Origin: Eubacteriales bacterium
GTDB taxonomy: Bacteria; Bacillota; Clostridia; Oscillospirales; CAG-382
Length of the DNA stretch: 64,000 nucleotides
Assembly: GCA_045604705.1 (NCBI GenBank)
Contig: JAZUOO010000043.1
Coordinates: 7,597-71,596, forward strand
Direction of reading: 5' to 3'
In this document: piece by piece, positions 8,148 to 16,744 of the stretch
Position numbering within the stretch: position 1 is the stretch's first letter
Layout of the letters: each line of letters begins with the position of its first letter
Program-made: the position numbers and the translations under genes
Notes under the pieces: model-generated
Told to the model about the DNA's origin: nothing
The model's database searches: none
The model's input: the letters and a program-made list of their open reading frames with translations, nothing else

Positions 8148-8288
8148 ACTTTTCCTGAAAGCTTTTGGTGTAGTACCCTTTAAGGTCTTAAATGTTTTTA
8201 TAAAGTAACGCAGATCCGAAAATGAGGGGTTTTAGAGATGCCCAATTCATAATTCTATGGAACAGATTCGATTTCGTTTTGGGAGGCT
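8148..8288 (-). pseudogene. remnant of the C-terminal HTH of an AraC-family regulator, with two in-frame stops
   Basis: The minus-strand frame reads RICSIEL*IGHL*NPSFSDLRYFIKTFKTLKGTTPKAFRKS. This matches the AraC pattern I..IA..vGF.n.syF.r.FKk..G.tP..yRk. Stops are at 8247-8249 and 8232-8234. Confidence 0.45.
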
Positions 8289-8374
8289 TGCCTTTTTTGA
8301 GTTATGAATGGTATATATAGGCAAGTTTGAAATAGACGCAGAATAATGAAAAGTTCACAACAGTATATAAGAAA

Positions 8375-8405
8375 AGAGCTGCCCGCTGTTATTTCGGACG
8401 GCTCT
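8375..8405 (-). terminator. imperfect hairpin downstream of the DUF1540 gene
   Basis: AGAGCTGCCCG / CGGACGGCTCT arms with mismatches. On the minus strand it is followed by TTTTCTTATAT. Confidence 0.4.
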
Positions 8406-8412
8406 TGCTGTT

Positions 8413-8739
8413 TTACTGTCTTTCCTTGAAAGTATCACATTCAGTTTCGGTGGTACTCTTCGCATGAGCAGTACCTACCTGAATCTTTTCAGCTGTACAG
8501 TATTCGTTTTCGTTGTACACACAGTTTGTAACATCACATTCAATTTCCGTATCACTGCAGGGGCATCCGTTTGTGCAGGCACAGTTTTTCATTTCTGAAA
8601 TCTTATCGGAAAAACTGTCACAGTAGGTTTCGCAAGCCTCATGTGCTTCGCAGTTCTCGTCTACTTCAATGTATTCCCTTGAACAGCCTCCGTGAGTGTT
8701 AAAAACACATTTTACAACATCGCAACCGATATTAGGCAT
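8413..8739 (-). CDS. DUF1540 domain protein (two Cys-rich repeats)
   Basis: AGGAG RBS. Repeated motif C-x-V-x-x-C-x-(Y/F)N...C.A..I.V (CDVVKCVFNTHGGCSREYIEV and CDVTNCVYNENEYCTAEKIQV), typical of DUF1540 in Firmicutes. Confidence 0.85.
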   Translation of the reverse strand: MPNIGCDVVKCVFNTHGGCSREYIEVDENCEAHEACETYCDSFSDKISEMKNCACTNGCPCSDTEIECDVTNCVYNENEYCTAEKIQVGTAHAKSTTETECDTFKERQ

Positions 8740-8813
8740 AATAGTCTCCTGTTCCTATTGTATTTCCGCCGAAAATTGTGGCGGTGAAACTAGTATGCTC
8801 CTTTTTCTGTTTG

Positions 8814-10001
8814 TTATTCAAATTCCTTTTTGTATATCCCGATAAGAAACTGATAAATGCACTCCCTTGTGTTACAAAGCTCATTGCAGGCAACGGCATA
8901 AAGAACTCTGTGCAATAGCTTTGCAGTCATATTTTTTGGGAAAAGCCCACATGAAGCAATATCACCACCGGAATAAGCCAGCTTCGAGTTTGTATATATA
9001 CCGTTTTCTATAAAATCATAAAGCTTATGGATAGGAGATTTAGAAAATTCAAAAAGAGATATAACATAATTTACAGGATAATCACATAAGGCTGTTTTTG
9101 TCTTATTATCAAACAAAACCTTTTTACCGTCCCTTGAAAGCACATCATGATATAATATATGCATCTTCTTTATCTTATCCGAATCTGCATTGGATAACTT
9201 TAAAAAGTCGCAAATTCTGCATATCTCATCATAACTTTTATTATATATACATGAAAACAATTTCGATGCAAAATTTCCTTTACCCGAAAGGAGAAATTCA
9301 TCAGGAATAAAACCGGGTATTAATTCACAAATGATGTCAAGACAGTCGTTAAGTATAGTATAGGAATGAGGGTAGGAGAGAGTTTCTTTAATCTCTGCCT
9401 GAATTCTTTCTGCCGATATATTTGCAAGAAGTGATTTGTGTAGGCTCATTGCGACTCTTGTTTTTTCTTGGATTTCAAATCCAAGTCTTGATGCAAACCT
9501 TATAGCACGCAAAATTCTCAGTGCATCCTCGGCGAATCTCTCCTGCGGATCACCGACACACCTGATTATTTTATTGCCGAGATCTTCACAACCACCGAAA
9601 ATATCCAGTAAATTACCATCTTTGTCCATCGCCATGGCATTAATGGTGAAGTCGCGCCTTGAGAGATCCAACCTTATATCTTTGACAAATTCCACATTAT
9701 CAGGATGTCTTGAATCATTGTATCCGCTTTCAGTCCTGTATGGAGTAATTTCAATAACTTCACCTTCAATCAGAACGCCTACAGTACCGAATTCACGTCC
9801 TTTAGGAATGGTGCGAAAATGATGCGACTGAAAAAAATTGACAATCTCTTCAGGTGAAGCACCAACCGTTATATCAAAATCATGCGGAGTTTTATTCATT
9901 ATATAATCACGGACACATCCGCCTACAAGATAAGGAGAAAAGCCGTTGTCATGCATAAGCTGCATAGCTGATAAAATATACTTTGGTACAGAAAGATTCA
10001 C
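8814..10001 (-). CDS. cca: CCA-adding tRNA nucleotidyltransferase (poly(A) polymerase family)
   Basis: GGAGGG RBS + GTG start. Motif YLVGGCVRDYIMNKTPHDFDI and RDFTINAMA, characteristic of class II nucleotidyltransferases. Confidence 0.9.
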   Translation of the reverse strand: MNLSVPKYILSAMQLMHDNGFSPYLVGGCVRDYIMNKTPHDFDITVGASPEEIVNFFQSHHFRTIPKGREFGTVGVLIEGEVIEITPYRTESGYNDSRHPDNVEFVKDIRLDLSRRDFTINAMAMDKDGNLLDIFGGCEDLGNKIIRCVGDPQERFAEDALRILRAIRFASRLGFEIQEKTRVAMSLHKSLLANISAERIQAEIKETLSYPHSYTILNDCLDIICELIPGFIPDEFLLSGKGNFASKLFSCIYNKSYDEICRICDFLKLSNADSDKIKKMHILYHDVLSRDGKKVLFDNKTKTALCDYPVNYVISLFEFSKSPIHKLYDFIENGIYTNSKLAYSGGDIASCGLFPKNMTAKLLHRVLYAVACNELCNTRECIYQFLIGIYKKEFE

Positions 10002-10215
10002 TATAAATCCCTCCTTTACTCCGATTATAAAAGAATATTTTAAACTTGGAGGTACTTTATAGAGAAAAATATGTAAATTTAATTATTAAATTTAAAAATA
10101 GACCAATATGTTCATTCATTTTTATAAAATTATCATGAATGTTTACAGTTTAGTAAGTCAAAAACTTATATAGTATTGTATAATAAATATATCAAATATC
10201 AGATGGGTAATTATC

Positions 10216-11016
10216 ATGTACGAAAATATAGAAGTTCTTGCAAAAAACGCCGGGAAAATGATGCTTGAAGCTTCCGGAAATATAAGCCGTATAGATGAAA
10301 AAACTTCAAATTCCGATATAGTAACGGAATATGATATAAGAATTCAGAACTATCTTACATCTGAGCTTTCAAAGCTCTATCCTGATGCCAAATTTCTCGG
10401 CGAAGAGGGAGGAGAGGACGAAAACACAGATGTTATCCTTTGTGAAACTGCGTTTATAATAGATCCCATAGATGGTACAACAAATTTTGTCAGAAACTTT
10501 TACAAGAGTGCCGTTTCAATTGCACTTGCCGAGAACGGTGAAGTCATATACGGATGTTGCTATATTCCGTATACCGATGAACTTTTTACTGCAGAAAAAA
10601 ACAAAGGTGCGTACTGTAACGGAAAGTCAATCAAATGTGCGGACTCCACAATAGAGCACAGTATAGCTTCTGTCGGTACAACACCCTATAATAAAGAAAG
10701 GTTTTCAGCTGCTACATTCGGCATTATGCGCATTCTTTTTGAAAAAGCAATGGATATAAGAAGATTCGGCTCCGCCGTAATAGACCTTTTGGATGTTGCC
10801 TGTGGAAAGACCGATATTTTCTGTGAGATAAGACTTTCACCGTGGGATTATGCAGCCGCCGGATTTATAGCACAACAGGCAGGTGCAATACTCTCGGATA
10901 TGAACGGCAACAAGCTTAAATACGATGGCAGATATTCTGTTATTGCAGCGTCCCGTCCATGTTATGATTTCTTTATGAACTGTCCGGAAATACGGAGATT
11001 TAAAGATTTCTTTTAA
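10216..11016 (+). CDS. inositol monophosphatase family protein
   Basis: IMPase motifs FLGEEGG, IDPIDGTTNF and WDYAAAGFIAQQAGA. Confidence 0.9.
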   Translation: MYENIEVLAKNAGKMMLEASGNISRIDEKTSNSDIVTEYDIRIQNYLTSELSKLYPDAKFLGEEGGEDENTDVILCETAFIIDPIDGTTNFVRNFYKSAVSIALAENGEVIYGCCYIPYTDELFTAEKNKGAYCNGKSIKCADSTIEHSIASVGTTPYNKERFSAATFGIMRILFEKAMDIRRFGSAVIDLLDVACGKTDIFCEIRLSPWDYAAAGFIAQQAGAILSDMNGNKLKYDGRYSVIAASRPCYDFFMNCPEIRRFKDFF

Positions 11017-11087
11017 AGCCTGTTGCTATTATTTATGAGTATAAACTAAATGGGGAGTACAACCTCGGAAAGGAATATTTTACCGAT

Positions 11088-12062
11088 ATGACAGATACAA
11101 CTACAAATGTAGCGGAAAAGTCCGTGAAGCCGAAAAAAAAGAAGATATATTTGTACATTGCATTATTCGGTCTTGTGGGAATAGTATTGGCGGTATTTAT
11201 GTCTTACTGCCAGATTTCGCATACACAAATGTCGGAAATTAGTTATGGCTCAATGAATATCCTAACCTATTCCGAAGTGTCATCCGAAACAAAGATACTG
11301 ACATATTTTGACAATTCCGCATCTGTAATTGTGTTTACTTGGAGCTGTATTGTTTCCGTGCTTCTTGCCATGCTTCTGCCGGCTCTTACAATAAAGAAAT
11401 GTGATCTCCGATGTGAGACCAAAAACAGTATATTTACAGTCTTTGCTTCATCTCTTTTGGGCTTTTTATTTGCGGGTTATGTTGTAAATTTTATCCTTAT
11501 TCCTCTGCGTCATTTCTGGACAAATGTAGAGTTTCCCGGCCCTGATTTTGCTACCATGACTCCCATGCTCAAGATTATATTCTTCTGCGGCATTATAACG
11601 TCAATTCCCTGTGCAATTTATTTCCTTCTTATTGCCACACAAAATGAATTTCGTCAGAACAACAGAATGTGTATTCTTTCCGTATTCCCGGTTATCTGGC
11701 TTGCCTTAAGATTGGTATTCTACTTTATGTCTACCTCCGCACACGTTAATCTCGCAGGCAGAAAGTTGTTTATCGTCTCTATGGTGCTCTCTGTCATATT
11801 CTTCCTTCAGGACGCAAAAAGATGGCTTCCGAAAGAGGAAAGCGTTGTCACGACAAAGGAAAAATTAAAAAATACAAAGCTGTATCTTGCAACGGGATTT
11901 GCTTCTGTTGTTACCTTTTCCGCTTATCACTTGTCCATGACCTTCCTTCAGGCATTTTGGATTATCAAAGCCGAGGATACTTATCTTCTCAACGGCATAT
12001 TTATTGCAATGATCTTATTCATTACTTTCAGACTTGCTTCCGTATGCCACAATAAAGAATAA
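11088..12062 (+). CDS. polytopic membrane protein, unknown function
   Basis: 324 aa with about 8 hydrophobic segments. No family recognised. Confidence 0.7.
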   Translation: MTDTTTNVAEKSVKPKKKKIYLYIALFGLVGIVLAVFMSYCQISHTQMSEISYGSMNILTYSEVSSETKILTYFDNSASVIVFTWSCIVSVLLAMLLPALTIKKCDLRCETKNSIFTVFASSLLGFLFAGYVVNFILIPLRHFWTNVEFPGPDFATMTPMLKIIFFCGIITSIPCAIYFLLIATQNEFRQNNRMCILSVFPVIWLALRLVFYFMSTSAHVNLAGRKLFIVSMVLSVIFFLQDAKRWLPKEESVVTTKEKLKNTKLYLATGFASVVTFSAYHLSMTFLQAFWIIKAEDTYLLNGIFIAMILFITFRLASVCHNKE

Positions 12063-12230
12063 TGCAAAAATAACGACTCGCTGTCTTTTTTTGACGGCAA
12101 GTTTGAATTTTTTGTGAACGGTGCAAGCTTCATGGGGAATAACTTTGATATTTTTTTAAATTACTTCCGAAACACAATTCTCTACCATTCGCTTAAACGA
12201 ATTTTTATACGACAAGAAAAAAGAACATTA

Positions 12231-12237
12231 TTCGACA
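12231..12237 (-). promoter_or_regulatory. candidate Spo0A box (TGTCGAA on minus strand) upstream of spo0A
   Basis: TTCGACA is the exact reverse complement of the 0A-box core TGTCGAA. A one-mismatch copy TACGACA lies at 12208-12214. A 7-mer like this is expected several times by chance in 64 kb, so the support is positional only. Confidence 0.3.
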
Positions 12238-12336
12238 TGATTTTACAAAACTTTTTTGATATTGCATAAAATATCAGTGCTATCTTTAGTTTGTTATACA
12301 AAAAACAGAAAAATGGAAAATGTTGGTAAAAAACTA

Positions 12337-12365
12337 TTGAAAACATTCCCGTTTCATGGTAATAT
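12337..12365 (+). promoter_or_regulatory. candidate sigma-A promoter upstream of spo0A
   Basis: TTGAAA - 17 nt - TAATAT. Confidence 0.45.
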
Positions 12366-12553
12366 ATAGGTGTCAAAACAGAATATACTTTTTTTGAATA
12401 GCTTTCCGTCATAAAATGATGAGAAAAAGCATTTGCTCTTTTTGTCAGTTTTTGAAAATACTCTAAATGACAGTAAGTGTATCGAAATTTTTAAAAAAGG
12501 TGTATGACGTAAAAAAAACTACCTTGGATGGTATAAAAGAAAGGAAAATCATT

Positions 12554-13375
12554 ATGAACATCAGGCTATACGTAGCTGATCAAAGCATGGAATTCAAAAG
12601 GACAATTTACGATTATTTTCTCGGATCGGATATTACGGTTATAGGCGACAGTGCGGATGGAAGAAAAGCATATGATGACATCATGTCTTTACACCCGGAT
12701 TTTGTTGTTCTTGATCTGTGGCTTAAGGAGATGGAGGGGGCACAACTTATAAGAGAAATCAAAAAATCCATGAAGGATGCACCCCATTTTATTATTGTAA
12801 CACGAATTCATAATACTGCAATACTTGAAGAAGCAATTGAAGCCGGAGCATCCTTCTGCCTTACAAAGCCATGTGATCTCTCATCTCTTGCAATGAAGAT
12901 CTACAGGATTGCGGGCACAAGTAATGTTGTACAGGATCATGATGTCCCCGAATCCTCCGAAGCAATACTTGAAAATTATGTTACACGTCTTATTCATAAG
13001 GTCGGGATTCCCGCACATATCAAAGGCTATCAGTATCTGAGAACGGCAATACTTATGACATACGAGGATCAGAATCTCATAAATTCCGTAACCAAGGAGC
13101 TGTATCCATCCATTGCAAAGCAGTACAATACAACAAGCTCGAGAGTAGAACGAGCAATACGTCACGCAATAGAACTTGCCTGGGACAGAGGCGACTGTGA
13201 TGTCCTTGATGATATGTTTGGATATACCGTTCAGAAGGCGAAGGGAAAACCAACCAATTCGGAATTTATTGCACTCATTGCCGATTACATGAGAATAGCA
13301 TACAAAAATCTTCGTAATTGTCACGGTTATATTGTATCCTCGGACAGCCTTCTTACTCTTGACAAGCTTACCTGA
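12554..13375 (+). CDS. spo0A: sporulation master regulator Spo0A
   Basis: Receiver domain (VVLDLWL, LTKP) plus the diagnostic Spo0A C-terminal box [19 protein letters not shown] and [26 protein letters not shown] precedes ATG 12554 (the listed 12467 start is unlikely). Confidence 0.92.
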   Translation: MNIRLYVADQSMEFKRTIYDYFLGSDITVIGDSADGRKAYDDIMSLHPDFVVLDLWLKEMEGAQLIREIKKSMKDAPHFIIVTRIHNTAILEEAIEAGASFCLTKPCDLSSLAMKIYRIAGTSNVVQDHDVPESSEAILENYVTRLIHKVGIPAHIKGYQYLRTAILMTYEDQNLINSVTKELYPSIAKQYNTTSSRVERAIRHAIELAWDRGDCDVLDDMFGYTVQKAKGKPTNSEFIALIADYMRIAYKNLRNCHGYIVSSDSLLTLDKLT

Positions 13376-13498
13376 AAAATCGAAAGCCGATATAACATTA
13401 TAAAATAAGGAATTGCAAATAACAGGGTGTATCCGAAAAAGATACACCCTGTTGCATTTATTAGATATTAAGAATAAACTGTTATTTTAAAGTACCGA

Positions 13499-14593
13499 TT
13501 ATTCATTGAGCAGATTGATTGCGTAATCGGCATTATCTTCAGCTTTTTTGCGAAGTTCTCCCAACGACTCAATAATATCCTCGCGTCTTTCTGAAAGTTC
13601 ATTTATTAGCTTTTCAGACACTGAGAGAAGCATATCATACTCAAGCCTTTCGACATCAAGACACAAAGGCTGATGTATGGACTGCATAAACGCTGTAACC
13701 TTTGGGTCATAGGAAAGAGCAATAACGGGTACACCGAGCGTAGTTGCATAGATCAGAGTATGCAAACGCATTCCCACAGACAGTGTTGAAAAACCAATCA
13801 ACGAAAAAACCTCATCTATTTCAAGCGGTCGTCGGATCATATATCCCTTAGTTTTCATTTTTGATATGATCAGTGTCGCAAGCTGCTCATCCTCCTTGTA
13901 CTGCATGGGGAGAAACAGGGATGAAATTCCATGCTTTTCTGACAAGCTATCACAGAAACCCGCCATAAGGTCTGTAAAATTTGTGACCGAATTCTTCCAC
14001 TCGCGCACAGCAATTACTGCATATTTTGTACCTGTTGGAATACCGGCTTCCGTAAGCAGTGCATCGTTTTTCGGCAAATCATCGAATCTGAGTGTGAATG
14101 CAGGATCGGCGGTAATATGGATGGGAGGCTTGTTTACTCCGATTTCAGAAAGAAGCTTGTCCGAAAGGTCATCACGTAAGGTTATAAGACTTACCTTATT
14201 CAAACATTTAGCTGTTTTAATTCGACTGTTTTTGTGCACGAGAGGTCCGATACCATTACCGTAAAGCATAACTTTAATACCGGTTTTGAGTGCCATATTC
14301 AAAATTGTAAGGTAATAATAGAGCGATCTTTTGCTTGTTGCGTCCTGAATAAGACTTCCGCCTCCGAATATAAACAGATCCGAATGTCTGAACAGACTAC
14401 ATATTTTAATAAGATTATATCTGTAAACAGACTTTACATTATACAGTTTTTCGGTTGACTCGGGATGCATCGACAATACCGTAATGGATAGGTCGGGATA
14501 CTTTCTCCTGAGTATGTCTATCATGGCTTTCAAAAGTGCTTCGTCGCCGCTGTTTGCAAAGCCGTGATAACCGCATATTACGATTCTTTTCAA
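13499..14593 (-). CDS. csaB: polysaccharide pyruvyl transferase CsaB
   Basis: N-terminus RIVICGYHGFANSGDEALLKAMI and overall CsaB-like layout. TTG start with a GAAAGGAA RBS inside the end of the upstream gene. Confidence 0.85.
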   Translation of the reverse strand: MKRIVICGYHGFANSGDEALLKAMIDILRRKYPDLSITVLSMHPESTEKLYNVKSVYRYNLIKICSLFRHSDLFIFGGGSLIQDATSKRSLYYYLTILNMALKTGIKVMLYGNGIGPLVHKNSRIKTAKCLNKVSLITLRDDLSDKLLSEIGVNKPPIHITADPAFTLRFDDLPKNDALLTEAGIPTGTKYAVIAVREWKNSVTNFTDLMAGFCDSLSEKHGISSLFLPMQYKEDEQLATLIISKMKTKGYMIRRPLEIDEVFSLIGFSTLSVGMRLHTLIYATTLGVPVIALSYDPKVTAFMQSIHQPLCLDVERLEYDMLLSVSEKLINELSERREDIIESLGELRKKAEDNADYAINLLNE

Positions 14594-14597
14594 GGTA

Positions 14598-16715
14598 TCA
14601 GTTCCTTTCGCCTACAATCATTTTATACATGGAATACAGTTCCTTATTTTTTGAAAGACCGGGGAGAATGTACTTCACGAAAAGCTTCTTTACGACTTTC
14701 ACCAATAAGAGATTCAAAATGTATGCTGCAACAGAACAAACAACACCGATGATTACTCCGTTCACAACTCTGCCGTATATAACATCCACCGTTGTGAATA
14801 CGTGGCAGAAGCTGTTGGCAATGGAAGCAGCAGTTATAGCCGAGCCACAGAAAAGAACAGCCTGAAGTATCTTGATCTTTGTATTCTTATAGTAGTAAAT
14901 GAAAAGTGTAATGCAAGGATAGCCGACAAGAAATTCCTTTGTTCTTGGCCGAGCGCGGAAAATATCTGTTATAAAATTACGCATGGCAGATTCAACGGAG
15001 CTTATTGAATTCACATTCCCACTTCTGCGAATATAAATGTAAACAATGCTGTATCCAACAAACAAAACCGCAAGGAGTGCAATGATGTAGATAATTTTAA
15101 TATCCGACAATCTGTAATTTACAATGGTGTTAAGAATCTTCTTGCAATCAATCTTAAAGAAAAGGATTATATAAAGAACCAAAGCATATACAAGGGGTAG
15201 GAACAGTGAAAGCTTGATTCCTCTGAAAATATCGTTGTTTACATAATAATCTATACCTGAAAGAAGTGAGGACTGAACGATACCGAGAAGGCTCATAAGA
15301 CCTACAAGAACTACAGTGGAAAGTATAATAAGAGGTATCGTGGTGAACTTTTTATCGTACTTCTTTACAAACCAAAGCATGACCGAAAGTGCAAAGCAAG
15401 GTGAAAGCACAGCCCATGCCGTTGGGAATGCCCAGTGAAGACTCTCGGGGATAATGAAGCTTCCTGCAAACCCGACAGCCGCAAGAAATAGAGTGATCGG
15501 GAAAAGGAATTTAATCTTTTTGTCTGTAATGATACAGAGTATAAGGTACAGCATAAGTACCATTATTGCCGTGGAAACTGCATTGGGAATACCAAGATCA
15601 ATATTATAATTAAGATCAGGTGTATTACCGTTAACGGTGTAACCAAGCTCTTTGATCTTTTTAATATATTCACCGACGGCCTTCAGTGTAAGCTCTGTAC
15701 ATTCTTCGTATGACTTATATGACAAATGTATCTGCGAAACCGTAATAAACCTGATATTTCTGTCAATCGTGGAATTCAGGTATTGATGGTAACGGAATTT
15801 ATAGTGAGTGTCCTCATCCTGTGAAGCATCATAGGTTTCATAGGAACGCATTACTTTGTTATTGTTGTTATTAAAAATATGCTCATAACCAAAGGGAGTT
15901 TCATTGGAAAGCTGGTTTGCATTTTCCGTAACAACAAGAGTAAGATTGTATTTTTCTATGAGCTTGGAAATTTTGGTATAGTGCTCTTTTGCATCTGCTT
16001 CCTTTTCCGGAGCGAATGTTGCAGGACGAATGCTGATATGCTTGATGTTGTACTTTTGGACCATGCTTTCAATATTATCTATATAATCAGTTTCCTGTGT
16101 ATCGGAAAAACGCATTACAAGACAAATATCAAAACCTGCATCGGAAAATTCTTTGATCTTCTGTTCATTATAACCGAGCTGAACATCGTTTGTGGGTTTT
16201 GTTCCATCAAATATGCAGAAGATGGTAGTTTCAATGCCCGTTGTTGAGTTTATGTTGACGACTTTACGGTACTCTTTTTCAAACGTATATCTTTGCGGAA
16301 GAGTTTTTTCAAGGAAGTCTGCTGTTTGCTTGTCCTTTGTAATAAGAAGCTGTGAGTCGTATATAATCTCCGGAACTTCTTTTGCAATCTGGTTTGCCAT
16401 TTCAATGCTTTCATCATCATATTTGTGACGCAGAGTATTGAATTTTATATTTGTAACGTCACCACGGGCAACCATGGAATTAATGTTTTCTTCAGACACA
16501 GAAATGGTAGTAACTCCGAGTTTTTTAAAATCCTCGATGGCATTATCAAGCTTTTCGCCTCTGAGTCTGTTTGCAATGTCATTGTAATAAAGGGAAACAA
16601 CGACATTGGTATTCTTTTCCTCAACACTTATTCTCTTTGTGAAGTGGGGAATAAGGCATAAAATCAATACTATTATCAATATCGCTGACAGGATTTTTGT
16701 AAGATTTTTCTTCAT
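14598..16715 (-). CDS. large membrane protein, DUF5693-like (N-terminal extracytoplasmic domain + ~10 TM C-terminal half)
   Basis: 705 aa, single N-terminal TM, then a soluble domain, then a polytopic C-terminus. This architecture is commonly encoded next to csaB in Clostridia. The family name is recalled, not verified. Confidence 0.7.
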   Translation of the reverse strand: MKKNLTKILSAILIIVLILCLIPHFTKRISVEEKNTNVVVSLYYNDIANRLRGEKLDNAIEDFKKLGVTTISVSEENINSMVARGDVTNIKFNTLRHKYDDESIEMANQIAKEVPEIIYDSQLLITKDKQTADFLEKTLPQRYTFEKEYRKVVNINSTTGIETTIFCIFDGTKPTNDVQLGYNEQKIKEFSDAGFDICLVMRFSDTQETDYIDNIESMVQKYNIKHISIRPATFAPEKEADAKEHYTKISKLIEKYNLTLVVTENANQLSNETPFGYEHIFNNNNNKVMRSYETYDASQDEDTHYKFRYHQYLNSTIDRNIRFITVSQIHLSYKSYEECTELTLKAVGEYIKKIKELGYTVNGNTPDLNYNIDLGIPNAVSTAIMVLMLYLILCIITDKKIKFLFPITLFLAAVGFAGSFIIPESLHWAFPTAWAVLSPCFALSVMLWFVKKYDKKFTTIPLIILSTVVLVGLMSLLGIVQSSLLSGIDYYVNNDIFRGIKLSLFLPLVYALVLYIILFFKIDCKKILNTIVNYRLSDIKIIYIIALLAVLFVGYSIVYIYIRRSGNVNSISSVESAMRNFITDIFRARPRTKEFLVGYPCITLFIYYYKNTKIKILQAVLFCGSAITAASIANSFCHVFTTVDVIYGRVVNGVIIGVVCSVAAYILNLLLVKVVKKLFVKYILPGLSKNKELYSMYKMIVGERN

Positions 16716-16744
16716 TTTCCTAAATTTCCTTTCAAGTAAATACT

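Noticed and set aside
8229-8237. GTTTTAGAG string reminiscent of the start of type II CRISPR repeats
   Set aside because: I found only a single copy and no spaced repeats anywhere nearby. It lies inside the AraC-family pseudogene remnant.
12063-12553. Sigma-H promoter for spo0A (AGGA...GAAT)
   Set aside because: Candidate AGG and GAAT elements exist but at the wrong spacing (13 or 28 nt between element starts versus the ~21-22 expected).
12881-13447. 188-aa ORF antisense to spo0A
   Set aside because: It overlaps the diagnostic Spo0A C-terminal domain on the other strand. Its composition is implausible and it has no RBS.
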